Positions 10,921-23,321 of a stretch of DNA of 64,000 bases are shown one piece after another. The DNA is from Octopus bimaculoides (lineage: Eukaryota). A program made the position numbers and the translations under genes. The notes under the pieces were generated by a model. It did no database searches, was not told where the DNA came from, and saw only the letters and a list, made by a program, of their open reading frames with translations. Every line of letters begins with the position of its first letter. Within the stretch, counting starts at the first letter, position 1. The DNA lies in the NCBI RefSeq assembly GCF_001194135.2, contig NC_068986.1:105698361-105762360 (forward strand). Direction: 5' to 3'.

Positions 10921-11859
10921 AAGGAGAAACTAGATACCGTAAAGGCATTTTGCTTGCTGATCTATCGATTCTATCATCCGTCGATTTCAAGAGAACTACC
11001 GATTGCGGATGAGCTGGTGATATTTTCTTTTCTACTCTAGGCACAAGACCAGAAACCTTTGGGGAGTGGGCCAGCTGGTACTTAATTTTTCGACCTCGAA
11101 AGGATGAATAGTAAAGTTGACCTCGGCGAAATTTGAACTCAGAACATAAAGACAGAAGAAAGACTGCTAAGTACTGGTGAGATATTACAAAGACCCATAT
11201 AGTTGTAATGATGAGTTACTGGTCAACAAACAGGTTATTGATAACTTAAGAATGAATAAGACGATGAAGAAAGGTACTAACGACCCTGAGCATGGCACGA
11301 ACTGATTGCCAAGAGGCTTTTGGGCGAGGGGGGCGTCCCTACACGTAGAACTTGTTTCATAAGCCATAAGTAAGGAATATTGATAATACACAAATATATC
11401 AAACATGTCGCGTCATCATCATCTTCAGCATCAGTAACATCATCATCGATTTTGCAAATTTATGTATAGAAATAAAAGAGGAATTATTATAAGTCATCCT
11501 ACTCTACGTGGAGGGCTGCGACTGCAAGAACTAAGGGAGTGGTAGCGAGCGAGAGGGGTGAAAGGAGTGAAAGAGAGGAGATAGATAAGGGGAAAGCTGG
11601 GGAGTGAGACATAGAAGTAAGGAGAGGGAGAGTAAAAAGGAAAGAGGAGGGAACGATAGTGGGGAGAGAGAGAAAAAGAGAAATATGGGAGGGAGATAGA
11701 GGAGAAGTTGGAGAAAAAATTCCGGAAATTACGGACAGATTCGGAGAAAATTTATGGGAAAAAATAACGTGATACGGTAACATCTCCATTTGACGCCTTA
11801 AATCACGACGGTAAGTTTTAGAATGTTAAAAGGACGTACACACGGAAACAAGCCAATGA

Positions 11860-12060
11860 AGGCATACATTGCTATACTTCTGGTGAGTGATTTCAATTTT
11901 GCCAATATCAAATGGACGAAAGGCAACATAATCTCAGGAATGAAACACCATTGAAAGAATCAAGCGAGATCCCTAAATGATGTTCGTAGAACAAATGATA
12001 GTGTACCCGACATTTTGTACATCTGATTTACTAATAAGCAATGGTGGCTCGTGTACAGGC
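11860..12060 (+). mobile_element. LINE ORF2 AP-endonuclease remnant
   Basis: Reads LLVSDFNFANIKW...DILYI*FTN, resembling GDFNxPxIxW and ILDLxFTN. Confidence 0.5.
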
Positions 12061-12277
12061 ACTGCGGAACTGCAGCACCTCCGATTCCCATTCGATATTA
12101 TTGATAACATTCAATATAATGAATCCGTTTTACTTTAATCCTTTCTTTATACTTGTTCATTGTATAATCCTAAAGCTTAATGTCTGTAGCCATCTCCTAG
12201 TTTAGGAACAAAATACAAAAATCGTTGTCAAGAATAAAATGTTTTGAATGGTACAACAATGCACTATAATACTAACA

Positions 12278-12311
<34 letters not shown>

Positions 12312-12452
12312 TCTACGTTTTTAAACATACAAATTTGAAACCTTGGAAATATAAACAATGAGGACGACCCTTAAGGAATCTAATCAATGATTCTTTGGGG
12401 TGAAGTCTTATGCTATATTGGTAACGATTATGAAATTTACTTGAAAATTATA

Positions 12453-12512
<60 letters not shown>

Positions 12513-12516
12513 GTTC

Positions 12517-12799
12517 TTGGCACTCCGTCGCTTACGATATCGAGGGTTCCAGTTGATCCGATCAACAGAACAGCCTACCCGTGAAATTACCTTGCAAGTG
12601 GCTAAGCACTCCACAGACACGTGTACCCTTAACGTAGTTCTCGGGGATATTCAGCATGACACAGTGTGACAAGGTTGACCCTTTGAATTACAGGTACAAC
12701 AGAAACAGGAAGAGTACAGCAGGGTTCGCGACCATCCCCTGCCGGAGCCTCGTATGACCGCGAGTCCGCTGCCCTAACCACTGGGCCATTGCGCCTCCA
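12517..12799 (-). mobile_element. SINE family C (internally deleted)
   Basis: tRNA-like head ggaggcgcaatggcccagtggttaggg and shared 3' tail ending cgacggagtgccaa. Confidence 0.85.
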
Positions 12800-12817
12800 A
12801 TATATATATATATAACA

Positions 12818-13175
12818 AAGTTAATCGCCTCATCAATATGGCTGTTCAATGTTAGTACTGTTTTAACCCCAGGCAGATCTTCCGCCAGCTAGTCATAGAG
12901 GCAGCTAGCACCTCGTAAATATTACATGCAGGGGAGCGAACCCCTACCAGCTTCCAGTAGACGACGAGATCGCGAGATCGACTCGGTTTCCAACTAGTTT
13001 TGCTCGTCTTCAGTCGTGAACACCTGGTCGCTAGAGTGATCGCCAGAGTCCGCTCCAGTAAACAATATATCGATCATCGGTCACTAATTTGCAACAACTA
13101 AAGTGAAGTTAATCGCCACATCAATGTTACTACTAGTTTAACCCCAGGCAGATCTTCCGCCAGCTGGTTATAGGT
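12818..13175 (-). repeat. About 1.25 units of a 288-bp direct repeat containing a hammerhead-like motif (12972-13017)
   Basis: aagttaatcgcc..ttaaccccaggcagatcttccgccagct occurs at 12818 and 13106; CUGAAGA..GAAAC lies between them on the minus strand. Confidence 0.55.
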
Positions 13176-13435
13176 ACAGCCTGCTCTCCATCGTTTCGAC
13201 AAAACAGACCAATAAAATAAGTACTTGGCTTACAAAGAATAAGTCCTAGGGTCGATTTGTTCGACTAAAGGCAGTGCTCCAGCATGGCTGCAGACAAATG
13301 ACTGAAACAAGTAAAAGAATAAAAGAATAAATGCTAAGACAGTGTTGCTTTCGATTTATCGTCTGCAAACCATGAATCAAATAAGATACAGTAGAAACTA
13401 ACATTCTCGAAACAAATTTGAAACGTTATACTCAC

Positions 13436-13985
13436 ATGACTGAAAGATCATGAAGAAAACTCCAAAGAAATGGTTAATCGAAGAATCTGAATCGATATTT
13501 TTCCATCTGGCGTACCAAATTCCAACTTCTGTGAGGTATGCACATTTTGCTGACCATAAAGGAGCTGCTCCTAATCCAACAATGGCGGACACTACAACCA
13601 TCATCCACATTTTCGGGTAAAAATTTCCAGCTACGTAAATCGTGTAAGTAACCATGCTTAAAGCTACAGTCCATTTGCATCCGAGAAAACTTATGATTGG
13701 TGGTGGTAGAAATAAGCATGAGAGAATAAGAGCTGCATAAATTACCGCTGTGGATATAAGCCCAACATTATGTTCTTGGTTCAATGTACTTTGTAGGTTC
13801 ATCAACGCCTGGAACGATGTAAATAAACATAAGAAACCAAAGCTCAACACCAGAGCATTCTTTATGATGCGTACTTTACTGATTGGTGGCGTGTTCGCAA
13901 CAGAGATGACCTTTTCATAGGATGGTGGTAGATCAGCTGTTTTTATCTCGACCTTGTTGTCGGAGTAGCTCACTTTTTCCTTCAT
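13436..13985 (-). CDS. UNC93A: UNC93A-like protein, coding exon 1 (MKEKVS...FFMIFQS, phase 1 end)
   Basis: Translation has UNC-93 family motifs (FGFLCLFTSFQALMNLQSTLN, GLGAAPLWSAKCAYLT, FFGVFFMIFQS). ATG follows a polypyrimidine/CAG acceptor; GTGAG donor at 13435. 550 nt = 183 codons + 1. Confidence 0.93.
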
Positions 13986-14125
13986 CTGGGAAGAGAAATA
14001 AGAAATGATGATGATGATAAGAAGAAGAAAAAGAAGACCTACAAAAACCAGCAATGCTTGTAACTGGAAGAATTCTTCGCAGGGTTATTGAAGCATGACC
14101 AATAAACAACAACAACAACAACATA

Positions 14126-14545
14126 GGTGCAGGAGTGGCTGTGTGGTAAGTAGCTCGCTTACCAACCACATGGTTCCGAGTTCAGTCCCACTGCGTGGCA
14201 CCTTGGGCAAGTGTCTTCTGCTATAGCCTCGAGCCGACCGAAACCTTCTGAGTGGATTTGGTAGACGGAAACTGAAAGAAGCCCGTCGTATATATGTATA
14301 TATATATATCTCTATGTATGTGTGTGTGTGTGTGTATGTTTGTGTGTCTGTGTTTGTCCTCCCAACATCGCTTGACAACCGGTGGTGGTGTGTTTACGTC
14401 CCCGTAACTTAGCGGTTCGGCAAAAGAACCCGATAGAATAAGTACTAGGCTTACAAAGAATAAGTCCTGAGGTCGATTTGTTCGACTAAAGGCGGTGCTC
14501 CAGCATGGCCGCAGTCAAATGACTGAAATAAGTAAATGTGTAAAG
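14126..14545 (+). mobile_element. SINE family A, full length
   Basis: Complete head-to-tail match; about 140 nt upstream of the exon 1 acceptor, antisense to the gene. Confidence 0.9.
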
Positions 14546-14754
14546 AGTTTTCTACTCTAGCCACAAGGCCCGAAATTTGGGGGGAGAGGGCCAGTCAATT
14601 AGATCGACTCCAGTACGCAACTGATAATTTATTGACCCCGAAAGGATGAAAGGCAAAGTCAACCTCGGCGGAATTAGAACTCAGAACGTAAAGACAGACG
14701 AAATACGGCTAAACATTTCATCCGGCGTGCTAACGTTTTAGCCAGCTCGCTGCC

Positions 14755-14785
<31 letters not shown>

Positions 14786-15135
14786 GGGTTTCAAATTTTG
14801 CTAAAACGGCAGCAATTTTGGGAGAAAGGATGAATCGATTACATCGACCCTAGTGTTCAATTAATATTTATTTTATCGACCACGAAAAGGTGAAAGGTAA
14901 ATAATAAGTTTATTTTTTTATTGCCACAGGGGGCTAAACATAGAGAGGACAAACAAGGACAGACAAAAGGATTAAGTCCATTACACCGATCCCAGAGCGT
15001 AACTGGTACTCATTTAATCGACCCCGAAAGGATAAAAGGCAAAGTCGACCTTGACGAAATTTGAACGCAGAACGTAACAGCAGACGAAATCCCGCTAAGC
15101 ATTTCGCCCGGCATGCTAACATTTCTGCCAGCTAT
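14545..15135 (-). mobile_element. Cluster of three family B SINE copies with an (AAT)n spacer
   Basis: Repeated cgaccccgaaaggatgaaaggcaaagtcgacc motif. Confidence 0.8.
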
Positions 15136-15751
15136 AATAATAACTTTATCATTCATCTTTTTTTTACTCATGTCAGTCATTGAACTGCGGTCATGCTGGG
15201 GCACTGCTCTAAAGGATTTTAGCCAAACGAATAGACACCAATACTTTTCCGCTAACTCTCGTATTCTTTTTCTAATCAATCTGTTTTGCCGAATCTAAGT
15301 TATCGGAACGTAAGCAAACCACAAACCAATTCCGGATGTCGAGTGGTGCGGAGAGTTACAAATACACACAAAGATATGCGTAGACATATTATATATTTCG
15401 CTCAGGCATAGCGAGACTAATTCTATAGTGTAGAACTCAATATACGTATGGTTCAGAATACAATGTTATGTGAGTATAGAGTGATAAGAGAAAACAAAGA
15501 GATGACGTCGGATAAACTAAATGTTACATAATGAACTTGTATTGGCTTACAGCTGTTTCTGCTATGTGATTGACTCTTGGTTGAATACCAAGATAGCATC
15601 CTATAGCTTCGTCAGAGCTTTGCCAAATGAAGTGCACTTCATATTCAAAGTTACATTTTCAGAACATTATGAGCATTATGAGCGAGAAAGAGACCACCAC
15701 ATCTTATAGCAGAAATAGCTGTAAGCTAATGAAGTTCACTAAATAACATTT

Positions 15752-16348
15752 GGATCTTTTTTAAAACGGGGGCCACATCTTTCATTAACGAAACACTTTC
15801 AAACTTGGAACACTGGTAGAATGTGTCATATAAAACATCATTTTCTCTTAGTCTTCTTAAAAAAAAAAGAAATCCATCAGTTATTCCATGTTAAAGTTGT
15901 CGTATTTCTGTAATTTCAACCAATCACTGACGTCCATTCAGCCGATATACATTAAGTGCCGACTACATAAACAAACGATTCTGAAACAATTCTATCGGTG
16001 ATAGGGTTAGGGTTAGGGTAAAACAGCAAATTTAAAAAGAAAAAAGCAAATAAAACGAAGAAAAAAAGAAAATGAAAAAAAGCAAATTTAAAATGAAAAA
16101 AGCAAATAAAACGAAGCTATGGCTTAATCAGCCAAAGGAGTAAATGTAAACAACTGAATACTTGTCAGTGATTGGTTGAAATTATCGAAATAAGACAATT
16201 TTTTACATGAAATAAATTCGAATACAAAAATATTTTCCTGTTCTATAACACAAAATAGATAAGTATACGAAGTTTGAAAGTATTTCAGTACCAAAAACAC
16301 TACGTAAAACATTAATGAAAAATGTGGCCCCAGTTTTAAAAAAGATGC
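15752..16348. mobile_element. Non-autonomous DNA transposon (MITE), about 38-bp TIR, 8-bp TSD taacattt
   Basis: TIRs ggatctttttt..ggccacat and atgtggcc..aaagatgc; TSD at 15744-15751 and 16349-16356; internal 21-bp perfect IR and a (TTAGGG)-like run. Confidence 0.8.
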
Positions 16349-16399
16349 TAACATTTAATTTTTCCAGTGTCATATCTCTGTTTTATATAAATATATAAT

Positions 16400-18035
16400 A
16401 TAGAATCTCGGCACAAAGAATAATGGTAACAGTGAAATCAAGCAGTCAACGTTCAGAGGTATTTTATTGTCACTGGAACCAATCAAGGGTGTGGTTTAGT
16501 TCCATATTCATTTCAATGATACTTTTAGGGATTACCATGAAGGTGTAAAATTCCAATTTCGCACAGAAGGTCTCCTAAACTTAAATGAGCAAAGCTTCAG
16601 ATCAAAGAAAAGGACCATGTAAGAGATTCTACACAATTTTCTGTTCGCTGATGATTGCGATTTGATTTCTCATACATTTGAAGGAATTCAAGAAACAATT
16701 GACAGGTTTTCTGTAACAGCTCATGCATTTGGACTGACTGTCAGCATCAAAATGACAAGCTTTATTCTAACCAAAACCTGGGTAGAACATACTCAAGATT
16801 CAAACGTTATGATTGACAAGTCACTCAAATGGATCAGGTCATATCTTAGAAGCACGGTAAACTTTAAGAGTTGGCACTCCGTCGCTTACGACGTCGAGGG
16901 TTCCAGTTGATTCGATCAACGGAACAGCCTGCTCGTGAAATTAACGTGCAAGTAGCTGAGCATTCCACAGACACGTGTACCCTTAACGTAGTTCTCGGGG
17001 ATATTCAGCGTGACAAGGCTTACCCTTTGAATTACAGGCACAACAGAAACAGGAAGTAAGAGTGAGAGAAAGTTGTGGTGAAAGAGTACAGCAGGGTTCG
17101 CCACCATCCCCTGCCGGAGCCTCGTGGAGCTTTAGGTGTTTTCGCTCAATAAATACACTCACAACGCTCGGTCTGGGAATCGAAACCGCGATCCTATGAC
17201 CGCGGGTCCGCTGCCCTAACTACTAGGCCATTGCACCTCCACAAACTTTAAGAATACTCTTGACGAAATCAATGTTTGAATATCTATGACTACGAATGCT
17301 TTTGGAAAACCTTCCAGTCGTTCGTGGGATGAGCACGGTGTCACTTTGAAAATTCAAATGTGTATACAAATGTATTTTAAGCACACTCTTGTGTAGGACA
17401 GAATAATGGACTCCCTACTACAGACATATAAACTCAAACCTTTCACATGTGCTGTTTGCGCAATATCTGCAACATAAACTGGCAAGATAAGATATCAAAA
17501 ACTTAGAAAAATGTGATGTCTCCAGTGTCCGAAGCATGCCGCTGCGAATTCAGTGCAGATAGGTGGGACATGTTGTTCGAATGAAAGATGACCGCATTCC
17601 AAAAATTCTTTTGTATGGCAAAGTAGAAAACACCGCGGTAAGGGAAGACCCGTCTTAGGATACAGGAATAGTTGAAGCAATCATTATAATCGCTGCAGCT
17701 TAATTTGAAATCTTGGGAAAGTCATTGCCTTGATCGACGTGCATGGCGTAAAATGTGTCAGAACAATGTGTCAAAACAATTTGAGTTGAAGAAACAGAAC
17801 AATAGAATAATTAGATCCTGCAATTAACAGACACATTTGCCCAATCTCAGACAAAATCAAAATCATCATTGTCCCCATAGCTACTTCATAACAAAATCCA
17901 CCCTGGGACTCAAATTACATTCATGCATCCATCGCAAATACTCGTAGCTTCTTTTGTTCTTTTCTTTGTCTCATTATTTTTAAATCCTTTTCTTCAAACT
18001 CTCATACATCGAAATCGACGGAAGTGACCATTATT
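16400..18035 (+). mobile_element. RTE (BovB-like) LINE 3' remnant, decayed RT and C-terminus, split by a SINE
   Basis: LFADDCDLISHT..FGLTVS, YLRSTVNFKNTLDEI (joined across the SINE), GHVVRMKDDRIPKILLYG. Confidence 0.85.
16870..17242 (-). mobile_element. SINE family C, full length, 11-bp TSD aaactttaaga
   Basis: TSD at 16859-16869 and 17243-17253. Confidence 0.92.
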
Positions 18036-18285
18036 CATTGTATGTATGTAGGTAGGTAGTGTGCTGTTCTATGATGGTAAGATCAACAAAAATGTACTCC
18101 ATCTGGTGAGTGATAAATGTTATTTAATACACACTATACATATTTGTTTATGAGCTGCTAATAGTTTCATGCGATGAAAGAGCCCGAGGATTGCAATAAG
18201 GCACCAGACGTGTTATAAAAAGTTGTTTTCTCATCGCATGAAATTATTAGTAGCTACAAAATATATATATATATTTATATATATA

Positions 18286-18386
<101 letters not shown>

Positions 18387-19539
18387 CTGTATTTATGTAT
18401 TTATTAACTTGTGTGCGAGAGAGAGAGAGAATGCGCGTGGCCTAGAGGTTAGGGTATTGCAATCACGATCTCGCGATTGTGGTTTCAATTCCTAGAACGG
18501 ATGGTGCATCGTGTTCTTGAGCAAAACACTTCATTCCAACGTTGCTCTCTGATCACTTCGACATATATACGCTGGGGAGCCAATTATATACTATGGGGAT
18601 TTACCTCCCTTATCTCAGTCATTAAGATAGTGACATGTGGTTATTTGAGTTGTTTTAACCTTTATTTCTAGCAATAGTGCTGCTAATCAGAACCCTTTGT
18701 CACTATATATATATATAATATATTACACGACGAGCTTCTAGATAGTCACGTCTACCAAATACATTCACAAAGCACCGGTCGTGGTCGGTTCGAGGTTAAA
18801 GTAGAAGACACTTGTCCAAGATACCCCCAGTAGCACTGAACTAAAAACTACGAAGCTGTAAAGCGAACTTCACAGCGTGCCCTTGTTTTCGGTGTCGTCA
18901 AGGAATTTCTCAAACTTTGTTCTCTCTCTGTCTATCTATCGCCCTTTATCTATATATGTATAAATATATAATTAGAGGATAAAATCATTAAAATTATTGA
19001 GTTTTATCAATGACCGGCATATAAAAACCTTTTAGGTAAAATACATTTATATAGATATATTACCGTATAGGCTTCAATTATACTTAAGGGCACAAAAAAC
19101 TATTATGCCTATATACTGAAAGAACGCGCCGAATACGTCCTTCCACTTGAAATGTTCACTCCAGAGTTAAATTCTGCTCCGGCACAGAATAAAGAATTCA
19201 ATTTTAGAAGAAAAATCAAGAGATGTGGTTCTGTGTCGCGTTGAATCTCCTTGAGAACTACGTTAAGGGTACACATGTCTGTAGAATGCTCATCTATTTG
19301 CACTTTAATTTCATGAGCAGACTGTTCCGTTGATCGGATCAAATGGAACACTTACCGTAACCGACGAGTCCCCGACATGGACGGATGTACGTACAGACAG
19401 AGACACATACATACGTTTGTGCGTGTGTGTGTGTGTGTGTGTGTGTTCGCCACCACTTGACAGCCGGTATTGGTTTGTTTACACCCCCTTTACCTAGCGG
19501 TTCGGCAAAATAGAACGATAGACTGATTACCACATATAT

Positions 19540-19765
19540 GGCGGCGAGCTGGCAGAAACGTTAGCACGCCGGGCGAAATGCTTAGCAGTATTTCGTCTGT
19601 CGTTACGTTCTGAGTTCATATTCCACCGAGGTCGACTTTGCCTTTCATCCTTTCGGGGTCGATAAATAAAGTACCAGTTACACACTGGGGTCGATGTAAT
19701 CGACTTAATCCTTGTATCTGTCCTTGTTTGTCCCTTCTATGTTTAGCCCCTTGTAGGCAAAGAAT
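19540..19765 (+). mobile_element. SINE family B, full length
   Basis: Family consensus match. Confidence 0.87.
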
Positions 19766-20677
19766 GATTACCACATTTACAAAAGTGAGCTGTGTTGATT
19801 TGTTAGATTAAACCCCGCTCCAGGTCAATGCCCAAACATTCCGGCCTTTCAGTTTCTGCTTTTACATACATCACAATGTTTGTCTTTCGAATTATTAATA
19901 GATTTTTTTTTTTTTTATCATACGTCTGCGAAAGATCGGTTGAAATAAAAACATACGGCCTCAATTAACTCTATTTTAAAAGAAAATACTTTTGTGGGTC
20001 ATAGCCACACGACGCTCAACCTGTCTGATTACTTTGCAGCCAAACAATATTTCGGAAGTTAAAATTTCTTATATATATATATATATATATATATAAACAC
20101 GACTATATTCAACGAACAGGTGAACTAATGTAACAAAGCTGGAATCAATGTTCTGTGTAACATTCATATTCTAGGTGAGCCGTATAAAATACCAATGCCG
20201 AGTCACAGTAATGTTAATTGTCATCCTCTTTAATTACGATTCTTTCCTTCATATCAATCCACCTACTTATACCCCCGTCCCATTCGGCAGTTTTCGCATT
20301 AATTTATTGTCCCTCAACACACATTTTTTTTAATGTAGGTCAAGTACAGAGACATACTTAAATATTATTATTAAATACTGATTATAAATATATACATATA
20401 TGACCTACATATGAGTTTCGCATTTAATGCTGCTGTTGGTACTTTCTTAATTTTGTTCACCGCATATTTCAACATATATATATATATATATATTCAACGA
20501 ACAGGTGAACTAATTTAACAATGCTGGAATCAATGTTCTGTGTAACATTCATATTCTAGGTGCACCTTGTTTACCATTTTTGTCCTTGTTCTTTTGCCAC
20601 GTCATGTACCCAGTTATGTATCTATATGTACATGTGGATGAACGTACATACATACATGTACATATACTCATATATTG

Positions 20678-20719
<42 letters not shown>

Positions 20720-20735
20720 CATACACACACACATG

Positions 20736-20963
20736 CAGGGTCGGCCAAAAGTCACTTAATATTCAATTTTATCTATTCAATCCAATTATGAATGTTTAAT
20801 AATAAATGCTGCGAGTTAAAAAACAAAATCACGGTTTTTTCTTTTTTTATATATTTCCTTCAACATTTGTCTGTTTATTAACGAAGTCTCATTCAGTTGT
20901 TAAACATAAATTTTGAAATTAAGTGCCTATTATTTACTGTCAAATGACTTTTGGCCAAACCTC
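20736..20963. mobile_element. Tc1/mariner-type MITE
   Basis: Inverted ends cagggtcggccaaaagtcac and tgacttttggccaaacctc. Confidence 0.6.
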
Positions 20964-21020
20964 TCTCTTATATATATATATATATATATATAAGGTTTAG
21001 AGGTGATGCACAGGTATTAT

Positions 21021-21395
21021 TATTAGAAAAAATAAGGTACTCAGAGATCTGGATGGTTGTACATTTACAGATTTTTTATTAATGTCACATGTTTTTATAA
21101 TCATATATATTAGCGCTTTCATCTACCCTAATAGATTCTTCAGATTAAATTTTTTTTTAAGGGATTCGTCTCTCTTTATAATATTCAGTGTGTAGGGGAG
21201 GAGAGTTTTTATCTCTCTCTCTCCACCCCTACACACTCAATACTATAAAAAGAGACGAATCCTTTCAAAAAAATTTAAACCTGAAGAATCTGTTAGAGTA
21301 GATGAAAGCGCTAATATATATGATTTATAAAAACATGTAACATATTAATAAAAATCTCTAAATATATAACCATCCAGATCTTTGAGAACCTTATT

Positions 21396-21405
<10 letters not shown>
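21021..21405. repeat. Long fold-back palindrome (arms about 180 bp)
   Basis: tattagaaaaaataagg..tatattagcgctttcatcta pairs with tagatgaaagcgctaatata..ccttattttttctaata. Confidence 0.88.
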
Positions 21406-21442
<37 letters not shown>

Positions 21443-22339
21443 AGTATCCTATGTGTGGACAAACAGTGTGTGACGACAAAAGAGATAGACTTTAATATCG
21501 TTGGAAATATTAAATGAATCAATTTATGGAGATTCACAAGCAGGACTAAGTTTCTATTTCAATGTATGTTTCTGTGTGTGCGTGTGTTTCTTCTGTCATG
21601 CAGTGCAAATTATACAAATAAATGTGCAGCAACGATTACGTATGTGACTCCAGTTGACAAGGTTGCGTGTTGGACTCCAGACGCGGTCTTGCAAGACTCG
21701 TTTTAGGCGCAGCGTGGCAGTATGTTTAAGATTGTTTTGATACCACGTGTTTTCCGCTACAGTCCTACTGCGCTTCAGGCCTACTTGTTCAAGTGTCTTG
21801 TACTATAGCCCCGAGTAGACCAGTGCCTCATGAGTGAATATACTAGACGGAAACTGCATGACATTCCGCCATATACATACATGCTTTCATATATACATGC
21901 ATAACAAGCACGTGTCATGAGTAATTTCTCAGGGTAGACAGTTAGTGACGTTTATTTAGTAAAACACAAATAAATAAGCGAAACACAAGCGCGTGACTGT
22001 GTTGGAGGCAGATTTACTTCTGCCTTTAAAGCGCGTAAAGAAAACGTTGTTGTTGGAGTGTACGCAGCACGTGTACTACAGCAGTGCTATGCGTAGTTTT
22101 AATACTGAGATTGAAAGGTAGGGGGCGAATTATGCCTACATATCTACAAAAAAATATAATTTTGCATTTTATGCAGAGTAATCATAGCAACCTTCATAAT
22201 TTTATTGAATTAGATGCATATTTTGCCATAAAAGGAAAGTCTTACTTTCGATTTATTTCATTCAGAGTAGGCACTGCCTACCTTACCTACCCAGGCGGCA
22301 CGTCCCTGATGCATACATGCATACAAACATACATACATA

Positions 22340-22910
22340 CACACATGTTTGTGGGTTTTGTGTTTGGGTTTGTCTCCACCACCACCACTTGACAACTAGA
22401 GTCATTTTGCTTATATCTTCGTAACTTGGCAGTTCGGCAAAAGTGTCCGATAGAATAAGTACCATGCTTTTAGAAAAAAAATCCTAAGTAATGTTGATTT
22501 GTTCGATTAAAGCCATCAGGGCAATACTACAGCATGACTGGAGTCAAATTTCTGCTCTGGCTTAACCACATGGTTCCGAGTTCTGTCCTACTGCGTGGAA
22601 CCTTGGGCAAGTGTCTTCTACTATAGTCCTAGGTCAACCAAAGCCTTGTGAATGGATTTAGTAGACGAAAACTGAAGGAAGCCCGACTTATACATATGTA
22701 TATAAGATAGATGGATGGATGTGTGTCCCACCATCGCTTGACAACCGGGGATGGTAATTTAGCGGTTCGGCAAAAAGAGACGGATAGAACAAGTACCAGG
22801 CTTACAAAGAATAAGCGCTGGGGTCGATTTGTTCGACTAAAATGGCTGTGCTCCAGCATCGCCACAGTCAAATGACAAACAAGTAAAAGAATAAAAAAAT
22901 GTACATAAAA
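22340..22910 (+). mobile_element. Two adjacent family A SINE pieces (right half, then near-full copy)
   Basis: Family consensus match. Confidence 0.75.
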
Positions 22911-23029
22911 GAATGTACATAAAAGAATCTCTCTCTCTCTCCACCCCTCTCCCTTCTCTCTCGCTCAATTTTAATAGTTTTTCCTCGTTTCTCTTATCAT
23001 ACGACTTACAGATGCAGAAAAATATGGCT

Positions 23030-23201
23030 ACAGTTTTTCTTTTACTTGTTTCAGTCATTTGACTGCGGTCATGCTGGAGCACCACATTTAGTCGAACAAA
23101 TCGACCCCAGGCCTTTATTCGTTGTAAGCCTAGTACTTATTCTATCGGCCACCTTTGCGTAAACACACCAACATCGGTTGTCAAGCAATGCNNNNNNNNN
23201 N

Positions 23202-23238
<37 letters not shown>

Positions 23239-23275
23239 GACGGCTTTATAGACAGACAGACAGACAGACAGACAC

Positions 23276-23321
<46 letters not shown>

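Noticed and set aside
13986-14054. N-terminal extension MLVFVGLLFLLL.. as a signal peptide
   Set aside because: It is the polypyrimidine tract and acceptor of the upstream intron.
22235-22300. Two donor-like sites (GTAAGA, AG|GTAAGG) on the minus strand as the missing 5' exon
   Set aside because: Such motifs are common; no acceptor, promoter or transcript evidence.
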